Source: a virus. Taken from it: 64,000 nucleotides of DNA. The stretch covers positions 31,976 to 95,975 of the IMG/VR virus record IMGVR_UViG_3300030060_004838; one strand, written 5' to 3'. Positions 8,011-16,769 of the stretch are shown piece after piece. The position numbers and the translations under genes are program-made. The notes under the pieces are model-generated. The model did not search any database and was not told the origin of the DNA. It worked only from the letters and a program-made list of their open reading frames with translations. Every line of letters begins with the position of its first letter. Positions within the stretch are counted from its first letter, which is position 1.

Positions 8011-8493
8011 ATGATTAAAATTGTAGGTAATATATATGGTGATAAAATGAGAATAACAGAATTTTACAAAGAGTATGACATAGATGAAGAAGCCTACGAT
8101 TTCGTACCAACCAAGATGTTTGAATTAGATTTAAAACAATCAGGATGGAAGATTAAAGAGGGTAAATCTTTATCAAAATTGCATGATAAATTTAATGACT
8201 TAAATATTATCTGTGCTAACCCTAACTTTTATAACGATGGAACAATAATTGCAGAAAGCCGAAAAAGCATAATTCAAGCGAGTGGACACCCTATTATCAA
8301 ATATAATAACAAAGAATATTGGGAAATAGGCCATTTAGTAAAAATTTACGGTGATGAAGCAATAAAAGAAATGGATAAATGGGAGTGGCTTCAAGTAATG
8401 GATTGGATAATAGTAGAAAAGAAAACAAATAAACTTCTACTACAATTTGATTCATGGGAAGATTTACCAACAAGAAAGGAAGTGGAACAATGA
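8011..8493 (+). CDS. hypothetical protein
   Basis: ORF; start may be the later ATG (MRITE) after GGTGA. Confidence 0.7.
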   Translation: MIKIVGNIYGDKMRITEFYKEYDIDEEAYDFVPTKMFELDLKQSGWKIKEGKSLSKLHDKFNDLNIICANPNFYNDGTIIAESRKSIIQASGHPIIKYNNKEYWEIGHLVKIYGDEAIKEMDKWEWLQVMDWIIVEKKTNKLLLQFDSWEDLPTRKEVEQ

Positions 8494-10349
8494 CAAGAGC
8501 AAATAAAATATTAAGTGATGTAACTGTGCATATGAAATACGCAAAATATGTACCTGAGAAAGAAAGAAGAGAAACATGGAGTGATATATGTTTTAGAAAT
8601 ATGCAAATGCATACTAAACAATACCCACAATTAAAAGAACAAATAGAACAGATATATTCTGAGTTTGTAGTAACAAAGAAAGTATTACCTTCTATGCGTT
8701 CTTTACAGTTTGGAGGAAAGCCGATTGAAGTAGCACCCAATAGAATTTATAATTGTGCATATATGCCCGTAGATAATATTGCTGCTTTTTGGGAATCAAT
8801 GTTTTTACTTCTTGGCGGAACAGGCGTAGGATATTCAGTACAGTTTAATCATATAGATAAACTACCAGAAATAAAACAACCTAATTCTAAAAGAACAAGA
8901 AGATATTTAATTGGTGATTCGATTGAAGGTTGGGCTGATGCAGTTAAGGTATTAATTAAATCTTATTTTGGTAGACTTTCAAGCACACCAATATTTGATT
9001 ATTCTGATATTCGTGCAAAAGGTGAAAGATTAATTACTTCTGGAGGAAAAGCACCCGGCCCTCAACCGTTAAAAGAATGTTTAGTTAAAGTTGAAGGAAT
9101 TCTAAAAGATGTTCAAACAGGGGATAGATTATCTCCTATTCAAGCACATGATATTATGTGTCATATTGCTGATGCAGTTTTAGCAGGTGGTATTAGACGA
9201 GCCGCTTTGATTTCTTTATTTAGTGCAGATGATATGGATATGATAACTGCAAAAACGGGTAATTGGTGGGAACTAAATCCACAAAGAGGAAGGGCTAATA
9301 ATTCAGCCGTTCTTATTAGAAGTAGAATTGATAAAGACTATTTTATGAATTTATGGAAAAGAATTGAAGAATCAGGTTCTGGAGAGCCAGGAATTTATTT
9401 TTCAAACGATAAAGATTGGGGAACAAACCCGTGTTGTGAAATTGCATTAAGACCAAATCAATTTTGTAATCTAACAGAAATAAATGTAAGTGATGTTGAA
9501 AGTCAAGAGGATTTAAATTCAAGAGTTACTGCGGCTACCATATTAGGAACTTTACAAGCAGGTTATACCGATTTCCATTATCTAAGAGAAACATGGAAAA
9601 CTACAACAGAAAAGGATGCATTACTTGGTGTTAGTATGACAGGTATTGCTTCTAATAAACTAAAAGGATTAGATTTAAAATTAGCGGCAAGATTATCAAA
9701 GAAAGTTAATGAAACAATTGCTAAAGAAATAGGAATAAAACCTGCGGCAAGAATTACTTGTGTAAAACCTGCGGGAACTACATCTTGTGTTTTAGGAACT
9801 TCAAGTGGTATTCATGCATGGCATGACGATTATTATATTAGAAGGATAAGAGTTGGAAAGAATGAAGCAATTTATAATTATTTAGTTGAAAACCACCCAT
9901 CTATTATTGAAGACGAACAGTTTAGACCACACGATACTGCTGTAATTTCTTTACCACAAAAAGCACCCGAAGGTTCTACAACAAGAAGTGAAGATGCAAT
10001 TCAATTACTTGAGAGAGTAAAAAATATTGCTACTAATTGGGTAAATGAAGGACATACATTAGGTATGAATACTCATAATGTTTCAGCAACCATTTCAATT
10101 AGAAAATGGGAATGGGAAGAAGTTGGAAATTGGATGTGGAATAACAGGAAATTTTACAACGGTTTGTCTGTATTGCCCTATGATGGCGGAACATATGTTC
10201 AAGCCCCATTTGAGTCAATTACAAGGCTAAAATACGACCAAATGATAGCGGGTTTAGATGAGATAGACTTGACTAAAATTATTGAAACAGAAGATAATAC
10301 AGATTTACAGGGCGAGGTTGCTTGTGCAGGTGGCCTTTGTGAAATCTAA
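8490..10349 (+). CDS. nrdJ: class II (adenosylcobalamin-dependent) ribonucleotide reductase
   Basis: YNC, GGIRRAA, TNPCCEI (thiyl Cys), KPAGTTS, C-terminal CAGGLC; no R2 gene in the window. Confidence 0.92.
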   Translation: MTRANKILSDVTVHMKYAKYVPEKERRETWSDICFRNMQMHTKQYPQLKEQIEQIYSEFVVTKKVLPSMRSLQFGGKPIEVAPNRIYNCAYMPVDNIAAFWESMFLLLGGTGVGYSVQFNHIDKLPEIKQPNSKRTRRYLIGDSIEGWADAVKVLIKSYFGRLSSTPIFDYSDIRAKGERLITSGGKAPGPQPLKECLVKVEGILKDVQTGDRLSPIQAHDIMCHIADAVLAGGIRRAALISLFSADDMDMITAKTGNWWELNPQRGRANNSAVLIRSRIDKDYFMNLWKRIEESGSGEPGIYFSNDKDWGTNPCCEIALRPNQFCNLTEINVSDVESQEDLNSRVTAATILGTLQAGYTDFHYLRETWKTTTEKDALLGVSMTGIASNKLKGLDLKLAARLSKKVNETIAKEIGIKPAARITCVKPAGTTSCVLGTSSGIHAWHDDYYIRRIRVGKNEAIYNYLVENHPSIIEDEQFRPHDTAVISLPQKAPEGSTTRSEDAIQLLERVKNIATNWVNEGHTLGMNTHNVSATISIRKWEWEEVGNWMWNNRKFYNGLSVLPYDGGTYVQAPFESITRLKYDQMIAGLDEIDLTKIIETEDNTDLQGEVACAGGLCEI

Positions 10350-10452
10350 TACAATATGTAATAGATAAAAAATGTAGTTTTACTATTTTCTACACGATAG
10401 GATGGATATTCCACCCTTTTCAAAAAAATAGAATTAAAAAGGAAATGATAGA

Positions 10453-10668
10453 ATGAGCGAAAGCAAGGATTATGAAAATGAAGAAAGATATGAAGTGTTT
10501 AGGATAACTTCTTTGAAGTCAAACGGTAGCGTTTGGACAAAACAATACGATAGCAATATTGATTGGAATAAGGTAATACCAATGTTATTATCTAAGTTTC
10601 CACATATTTTGCTAAGTAAGCAAGTAATGAAGACAGACCCACTAACACACTTAATGAATTTGGAGTGA
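10453..10668 (+). CDS. hypothetical protein
   Basis: ORF with SD. Confidence 0.6.
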   Translation: MSESKDYENEERYEVFRITSLKSNGSVWTKQYDSNIDWNKVIPMLLSKFPHILLSKQVMKTDPLTHLMNLE

Positions 10669-10673
10669 TATAA

Positions 10674-10907
10674 ATGAAAAAAGCAGTAGAATTTAGATTG
10701 ATAGAAAGCGAAGAAATGCCACCTGTGGTAATTAAGAAAGATGAAGATACTAACGGATGTATTATTGTATTAAATAGAGCACATACTATTTGGCTTAGTT
10801 TAAATCGTAGTACAATTCCAGGAATTACACAAAGTTTAGCCGAAAAACTAAATCAAATGTGTGATGGTTATTTAGAACAACAATTATTCAATATGGGAAT
10901 GGAGTGA
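10674..10907 (+). CDS. hypothetical protein
   Basis: GGAGTGA SD. Confidence 0.65.
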   Translation: MKKAVEFRLIESEEMPPVVIKKDEDTNGCIIVLNRAHTIWLSLNRSTIPGITQSLAEKLNQMCDGYLEQQLFNMGME

Positions 10908-10912
10908 TTTGA

Positions 10913-12112
10913 ATGGAAGATTTTATTGGACACCATATAGAAGGCGAACATAGACATGAAATTAATATTAATCAAAGCGGGGCTTTCAATAAATCACTAA
11001 TTAATAATTTAGTAGATATAAGTGTATCTAATGATTGGGAAGAAGCAAAACATGAATGGAGAGCAACAGGTAATGTTTGGTATAGACCTATGAGATATTT
11101 AGATACTACAATACAAGAATTACCTGAACCTCATTGTGATAATCACCCTAATTATTGTGTTTGTGGACACCCGATTGCTTGGCATTTTGAAGTAGAAAAT
11201 ACTGAAAATGGTACATTAGAAATTCTTGGTAGTGAACACATTACAAATTGGATGATTATTAGACACTTAAAAGAAAACAAAGGTATTCCTGAAGATGCAA
11301 TTACTGAAGAAAAAATTATTGAATGGATGAAAGAAGCAGTTAAAACTATGAAAGCCGAATGGTGGTGGAAAGAACATGGTGATGATTGGGAAGAAATGTT
11401 TAATGAAGTTAAAGAATTAGATTTAAGAATCAATGTTCGTTCTAATGGACAATATTGGGATTCTTCTACAAAAAGACATGAAGATAAAATGGTTATTGCA
11501 AAAACCAAAACTAATTCATTAGGTAAAATGGCTTCTGTTGTATGGAGATGGAATCACCCTGATAATCCAAGACGACAAATTGATACAAGAGGTTATCCTA
11601 ATGAAAAACTTTGGAGAGATGTGCAATTGTTATTTGCTAAGGCTCAAAGATTTGAAAAGCAATTAGATATACAAATGGAAGAAGTAGAACAAAGAAAATC
11701 ATATATCCGTGAACAACAAGCAAAGCAAGATGAATTGGCTGAACAAAGAAGAATGATGATTAAAGAAGAAGCCATGAAAATTAGAGCAGAAGCAATATAT
11801 GAAAGAGATGATAAAACATTAGCGGAGGCTTGTGAGTATTATGATTTACCACCTTTCACAGTAGAGAAAGGTAATAATGAATGGGAAAGAAATTTCTTGA
11901 AAGATATGAAAGGTAAAATTATTGCAAGAAAACAACTTTCACCAAGACAATTAAACAGAATATTACAAATTATTATGCCCGAAGTGGCTGAAGAAGAACC
12001 TGCAACATCAAAACAAATTAATTATATTAAAAAGTTAGGTGGAGAGGTTTTAGAAAACATGACAAAAACCCAAGCAAGTGATTTGATTGGTGAATTATTA
12101 AGGAGAAATTAA
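10913..12112 (+). CDS. Zn-binding protein with C-terminal PATxKQ helical module
   Basis: CVCGHPI...GSEHI; coiled coil; PATSKQINYIKKLGG...QASDLIGEL. Confidence 0.75.
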   Translation: MEDFIGHHIEGEHRHEININQSGAFNKSLINNLVDISVSNDWEEAKHEWRATGNVWYRPMRYLDTTIQELPEPHCDNHPNYCVCGHPIAWHFEVENTENGTLEILGSEHITNWMIIRHLKENKGIPEDAITEEKIIEWMKEAVKTMKAEWWWKEHGDDWEEMFNEVKELDLRINVRSNGQYWDSSTKRHEDKMVIAKTKTNSLGKMASVVWRWNHPDNPRRQIDTRGYPNEKLWRDVQLLFAKAQRFEKQLDIQMEEVEQRKSYIREQQAKQDELAEQRRMMIKEEAMKIRAEAIYERDDKTLAEACEYYDLPPFTVEKGNNEWERNFLKDMKGKIIARKQLSPRQLNRILQIIMPEVAEEEPATSKQINYIKKLGGEVLENMTKTQASDLIGELLRRN

Positions 12113-12113
12113 A

Positions 12114-13367
12114 ATGGGAACAGTAACATTTAGAGTAAGACATGCAAGCGATGACAGAAACTCAGTATTAGAAACAACACTATCTTGTAATAAATTTACA
12201 AGAGATAGAAATGTAGATATTTGGGCACAAAGACAAAGACAGAATATTTCTAAAGAACCGACAATTGAAAGTATTCACAATACACTTAAGGGAACATTGA
12301 ATATAACAGGATTAGTTAGAAGCGATGAAAAGAAGTCCTTGTTTATGAGAGTAGGTAATTGTAAATATCTAATTAATATGCGTAAAGTAGGAAATAGATA
12401 TATGGCTAATGGAGATTTTGCTAACTTAGATACTATTATGAAAGCAATTAGTAGAACTATTATGCGTTCTGCTTATATTAATGGAGAAGGTCAAGAAGCA
12501 CAAGAAGCATTAGATGATTATTTTCTAAGATGTGTTGAAGTGCCTGAAAATGTTTCTTATGCTATGGAAAATAGAGTGCCATATAAATTCTTTGAGAGAG
12601 ATGGTAGTGAAATCCATGAAAGAAGCACAAGACTTTCTTTAATGAGAATTGCTCAAAACAATTATGCTCTTGAAATTAGTAGTGGTGTTTGGGGAGAAAT
12701 AAATGCTAAGAATCTAAATACATTTATTAATTCTTATTTGTATAATAAGCGTTCAGGAAAATGGTATATGGTTTCTCCTGCTGAACTTTGGTTTAGAACT
12801 GTTGGTACAAAAGGAACTCCTGCACAGATTAAAATTATGAAAGAGTTTTTGAAACAAAATAGAAGAAGTGATTTGGCTGAACAAAGGGCTATGCAATTGT
12901 TTAATGATATGGTCAATAAATATGATACTGTCACAAAAGGAACATTTGAAAGAAATGGAGAAAAGGTTTTGGCTATGTTTGTTAGAGGTAAATATGCTGA
13001 TTGGATGATTGTTGATAATAAATCAAAGCGTGGAATCCAAGATGTAAGCACATATGTTTTGACAACAAAAACATTAGGAGAAGGACAAGCAGTTACTGTT
13101 TTAGATAATGTAATAAATAATACTGACAAAGAACCTTATTGGGCTGGACCGATTTGTATTGATAATTTATCAAGTGGTGCTTCTGTTGGTGACCAATTTG
13201 CAGCAAGAGCATTTGCTTGTATGAATGATACTATGCTTCTTAAATTAGTTTCTACTGTTAGTAGATATATTAAAGGGCATGATGCAGAACAAAATGATAT
13301 AAGGTTGGATTGGGATGCCATGTGTAAATTGTCAAGCAAAGCACCTGAACTTAAACAAAGAGATTAA
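12114..13367 (+). CDS. hypothetical protein, candidate E2-like C-terminal domain
   Basis: 417-aa ORF is solid; function rests only on the GPICIDNL motif and is speculative. Confidence 0.6.
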   Translation: MGTVTFRVRHASDDRNSVLETTLSCNKFTRDRNVDIWAQRQRQNISKEPTIESIHNTLKGTLNITGLVRSDEKKSLFMRVGNCKYLINMRKVGNRYMANGDFANLDTIMKAISRTIMRSAYINGEGQEAQEALDDYFLRCVEVPENVSYAMENRVPYKFFERDGSEIHERSTRLSLMRIAQNNYALEISSGVWGEINAKNLNTFINSYLYNKRSGKWYMVSPAELWFRTVGTKGTPAQIKIMKEFLKQNRRSDLAEQRAMQLFNDMVNKYDTVTKGTFERNGEKVLAMFVRGKYADWMIVDNKSKRGIQDVSTYVLTTKTLGEGQAVTVLDNVINNTDKEPYWAGPICIDNLSSGASVGDQFAARAFACMNDTMLLKLVSTVSRYIKGHDAEQNDIRLDWDAMCKLSSKAPELKQRD

Positions 13368-13938
13368 TTTACCTGTTTGTTCAGTTTGTGGTTGTATTCA
13401 GGCATATAGAATATATGAGGTAAGTGATATACCTAAAAATGAAAAAACATTTAGCACAGACTTAATGATGCTTATGAATGAGTTTGATATAGAAGATAAA
13501 GATGAAGTTATCAAAAATGATAAATATATTTCTTATACTAATATATATTATACTTATGATTTAGCGGAGAGGGCTTGTGCTATCTTATACTATACTATGA
13601 GGGATTTAAATAAACCTGCTATCATGTTGGATTATTGTAAATTTTTGGGATGCAAAACAAGTAGAGTAAGTAGACTTGCAAAAAGAATAGCAAGACATTA
13701 TTCAAATAGTGGAGTGTTTGGTATAAATGATATTGACGAGTTTTTGGATAATATGGAAATCAATAGTAAAGAAATTAGTGAAGCGTGTAAAGCGTGGAAT
13801 GAGCAACAAACCTTGACAAGAGGAATAATTGCGGCATATGTATATGAACACACAACATATACTCAAAAACAAGTGTGTGAAAAATTTGGAGTTAGTTTGC
13901 CAAGATTAAAAAGAAACTTAAGGAAAGTGAGAAAATGA
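13315..13938 (+). CDS. tfb: viral transcription factor B (TFB/TFIIB)-like
   Basis: N-terminal Zn ribbon CVNC...VCSVCG, cyclin-like ACAILYYTMR, C-terminal HTH TQKQVCEKFGVS..RLKRNL. Confidence 0.8.
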   Translation: MPCVNCQAKHLNLNKEINLPVCSVCGCIQAYRIYEVSDIPKNEKTFSTDLMMLMNEFDIEDKDEVIKNDKYISYTNIYYTYDLAERACAILYYTMRDLNKPAIMLDYCKFLGCKTSRVSRLAKRIARHYSNSGVFGINDIDEFLDNMEINSKEISEACKAWNEQQTLTRGIIAAYVYEHTTYTQKQVCEKFGVSLPRLKRNLRKVRK

Positions 13939-14489
13939 AAAAGAGAGATGTATTGATAATAGGCGCAGGTGGAATTGGAAGTTTTCTAATACCATTGTTG
14001 GATAAAGTAGGATTGTATGACATAACAGTTTATGACCCTGATATTGTAGAGGAAAAGAATCTAACATATCAAAACTTTACCAAAGTAGACTTAGAAAAGA
14101 AAAAGGTAGATGCTATGAGTGAAAGATATAATATTGATGCTCAACCATATCCTGTTCTAACAGCAGGACAATTAAAGGGATATGATTTGGTAGTATGTTG
14201 TGCTGATAATTTAGATATTAGAAGAACAATGTATAATTCAAATGTTAAATGGTTAGACTTAAGAGCACAAGCAAGAAACGCTGCTATGATTTCACATTTA
14301 GAAGACCCGAAATTATATACTGTTTTTACAAGTGGACCAGATGGTTCTTTTTCTTGTCAAGGAGAATGGGATGGAAAACCTGAAGGGATTAATTTTATGC
14401 AAGTTGTAATTGCAGGTTATGGCGCACAATGGATTCAAAGATTCTTTACAGGCGACCATGTAGAAAAACACTTTAAAATTAATGGGTGA
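13935..14489 (+). CDS. ThiF/MoeB/E1-like adenylyltransferase (Ubl-activating)
   Basis: IIGAGGIGS, DPDIVEEKNLTYQ, KVDA, CADN..RR, candidate catalytic Cys in SFSCQ. Confidence 0.88.
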   Translation: MKKRDVLIIGAGGIGSFLIPLLDKVGLYDITVYDPDIVEEKNLTYQNFTKVDLEKKKVDAMSERYNIDAQPYPVLTAGQLKGYDLVVCCADNLDIRRTMYNSNVKWLDLRAQARNAAMISHLEDPKLYTVFTSGPDGSFSCQGEWDGKPEGINFMQVVIAGYGAQWIQRFFTGDHVEKHFKING

Positions 14490-14493
14490 TATA

Positions 14494-14817
14494 ATGTCTA
14501 AGATTGATTATAATAAACAATCTAAAAAATTACTAATAGCCATGTTAGAAGAACAAGATGATATTATTAATGCAGTATGTAACTTTATGGGAACATCTAC
14601 TGTTATGGATTTATTTATGTCTTTTAAAGGAGAGGAAGAAGAATGAAAAACGAATGGATTTGGATGAGAGATATTATTAAAAAGATAGAAGATTTAGGAT
14701 ATGCAGTAGTTAATGACATAGGAGATGAAGAAGATGAGTGAATTAATTATAGGAATTATAGGTATGGTATGTTTGTATGTTATAGGAAAATTTCTTTATA
14801 GATGGGAGGAAGAATAA
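14494..14817 (+). CDS. three chained small ORFs (14494-14646, 14643-14741, 14734-14817; the last has one TM helix)
   Basis: translated by hand; each start overlaps the end of the previous ORF. Confidence 0.5.
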
Positions 14818-15350
14818 TGAATTTCTTTTACATAGAAACTTGCCCTGTCGCTATTGCTAAAAGTCATAACAATGCACATTGTATTAAAATGATTTTAGAA
14901 TATGCACAAATGCTATCTACGACTCATAGAGTTGTAGACCAATATTATCATGAAGTAGATGGTAAATATGTATTTGTAGGATTACCCAAAGATATGCAAA
15001 AAGTGTACAAGATTGCTCATTTAAATCACCCCACTACAATTTGGGTTAGAGAATCTGTACAACATTACAATTTTATGTTTGATGTATTTGAAGCATTATG
15101 TGATGAATATACTTATCGTTATGGTAAAGTGCATCAATCAGATAGATTATTAAGAGAGATGTTAAGAAAACCACCATCAAGATTAGAAGATAATGGATTT
15201 GAAGAACCGCCTCAATGTATGCCTGATAAATATAAAGTAGAAGGAAATAGTCTACAAGCCTATCGTAATTTTTACATGGGTGATAAACAATGGAAAGGTT
15301 GGAGAAGTGAATATAAGAAAAGAGATAAACCAAAATGGATGTGTGTATAA
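14817..15350 (+). CDS. pyrimidine-dimer DNA glycosylase (DenV/endonuclease V family)
   Basis: MNFFY...HCIKMILEYAQMLSTTH, HLNHPTTIWVRES, PPQCMPD...AYRNFY. Confidence 0.8.
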   Translation: MNFFYIETCPVAIAKSHNNAHCIKMILEYAQMLSTTHRVVDQYYHEVDGKYVFVGLPKDMQKVYKIAHLNHPTTIWVRESVQHYNFMFDVFEALCDEYTYRYGKVHQSDRLLREMLRKPPSRLEDNGFEEPPQCMPDKYKVEGNSLQAYRNFYMGDKQWKGWRSEYKKRDKPKWMCV

Positions 15351-15544
15351 TGACAGAATGGAAATTAGGAATAGGAACAGGAAATGCAAAATGTAGAGTA
15401 TGTGGTAAGCCAATTAAAGAAGGCCAACCAATGATTAAAATAATTAATTCAAGGATTAGTGGACAGGTTCATTCTAATCCCTTTGAATGTGGAAAAGAAA
15501 GACAAGAACAATTAGGATTTGAATATGTAGGAGAGGAAGTATAA
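15350..15544 (+). CDS. small Zn-finger protein (PARP-type-like)
   Basis: AKCRVCGKPIKEG...H...C. Confidence 0.6.
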   Translation: MTEWKLGIGTGNAKCRVCGKPIKEGQPMIKIINSRISGQVHSNPFECGKERQEQLGFEYVGEEV

Positions 15545-15987
15545 TGATAGAAAGAATGAATGATAATGAACTGTGGGATATGTGTAAAGATTTGATAAAT
15601 GCCGCTTATGTAAATAATTATGATGATGAAGATTTTCATGCATCTATTTGGCAGGTATCAGTAGATTTACTTGAAGGAAAAGAAGTTTCTGTAATTGTAG
15701 ATAAAGATAATAAATTATTTATTAGTAGAGGAACTGCAAGTTTCGTAGACTACAAAAATGAAAATGTAGCAGGTATGAAAATCCCTCTTAAATGCTGGAT
15801 TCATACTCACCCTTTTGGAACTGCTTATTTTAGTAGCACAGATTGGGGAACAATTAATGCCCAAGCACCTATATTAAATTCAGCAATTGTTCTTGGAAAT
15901 AAGGAGAGAATGAAATGGTGGAAGAACGATGGAAAAGAATTTCTGAGCAAGACTCATCTAATGGATTTAGACGAGTGCGAAGAATAA
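15544..15987 (+). CDS. JAB/MPN+ metalloprotease
   Basis: E(VSV)...WIHTHPFGTAYFSSTD fits the JAMM motif E-xn-HxH-x7-S-x2-D. Confidence 0.85.
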   Translation: MIERMNDNELWDMCKDLINAAYVNNYDDEDFHASIWQVSVDLLEGKEVSVIVDKDNKLFISRGTASFVDYKNENVAGMKIPLKCWIHTHPFGTAYFSSTDWGTINAQAPILNSAIVLGNKERMKWWKNDGKEFLSKTHLMDLDECEE

Positions 15988-16337
15988 GATTCCCTGTATT
16001 ATCAAACTTAATTATAGAATGCCCTATTTGTAATGGGGCTAAATGTAATGTTTGTAATCAAACAGGTGAATATGAATTATCTTCAGAACCGTATGTAGAA
16101 ATCCAACAACCTTTGATAATAAAATATATTGTTGATAATTTACCAATTATTGCAAGTGAAATTCAAAGACTATATGGAAAAACACCAACGGTAGAAACTT
16201 ATTTTGTTTCTGAAGAATATGAAATAATTAGAGTCGATTCTCTAAGTGGTTCGGTTTGGATTGCCTTAAACCTTAAAAAATTAGAAAATCCAAAATATTT
16301 TTACAACAAGGAGAGTGTAGATAAATGGTTAGCGTAA
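15915..16337 (+). CDS. Zn-finger hypothetical protein
   Basis: CPICNGAKCNVC; start uncertain. Confidence 0.65.
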   Translation: MVEERWKRISEQDSSNGFRRVRRIRFPVLSNLIIECPICNGAKCNVCNQTGEYELSSEPYVEIQQPLIIKYIVDNLPIIASEIQRLYGKTPTVETYFVSEEYEIIRVDSLSGSVWIALNLKKLENPKYFYNKESVDKWLA

Positions 16338-16612
16338 GAGAAATAAAAAGAATATTTGAGAAAATAGCACCCGATAGACAATTGCCTTTACCTGCAATTA
16401 TAGAATATCAAACAAGAGCCGAAAAGATTTTGGAACAGTTTGCTGAATTATGTAATTTAGAAGCAGGTGGAGATATGACAAAAACAAGATTGACAGTAAA
16501 TCATGTGAAGTTAGCATCAGTTAATTTTAACGATAGAGTTGTTGAAAGAAAAGAAGAAGAATTGGAATTTGGTGAATGGAATACAGATGAAGGAGATGAA
16601 GAAGATGAGTGA
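16325..16612 (+). CDS. histone-fold protein with acidic tail
   Basis: three-helix pattern REIKRIF / AIIEYQTRAEKILEQFAELCNLEA / TRLTVNHVKLA (compare archaeal KTIKAEDIELA, H2A RITPRHLQLA). Confidence 0.65.
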   Translation: MVSVREIKRIFEKIAPDRQLPLPAIIEYQTRAEKILEQFAELCNLEAGGDMTKTRLTVNHVKLASVNFNDRVVERKEEELEFGEWNTDEGDEEDE

Positions 16613-16769
16613 ATGGTATGAAGATTGGAGTAATATAAGAGCATTAATTAGATTTTTACACGATGTAAAAGGTGTAGATTTTGATAATCTAATGTATGCT
16701 ATGGAAAAACCGTGGAAATATAATGATGAATATAAAGAAATGAGAGAATTGGAGAGTGAAGAAGAATGA
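16605..16769 (+). CDS. hypothetical protein
   Basis: start at MSEWY, overlapping the histone gene end. Confidence 0.55.
   Translation: MSEWYEDWSNIRALIRFLHDVKGVDFDNLMYAMEKPWKYNDEYKEMRELESEEE

Noticed and set aside
13935-14489. Thiamine or molybdopterin biosynthesis gene
   Set aside because: No other pathway genes in the window and the Zn-binding CxxC pairs are absent; a sulfur-relay role using host enzymes is not fully excluded
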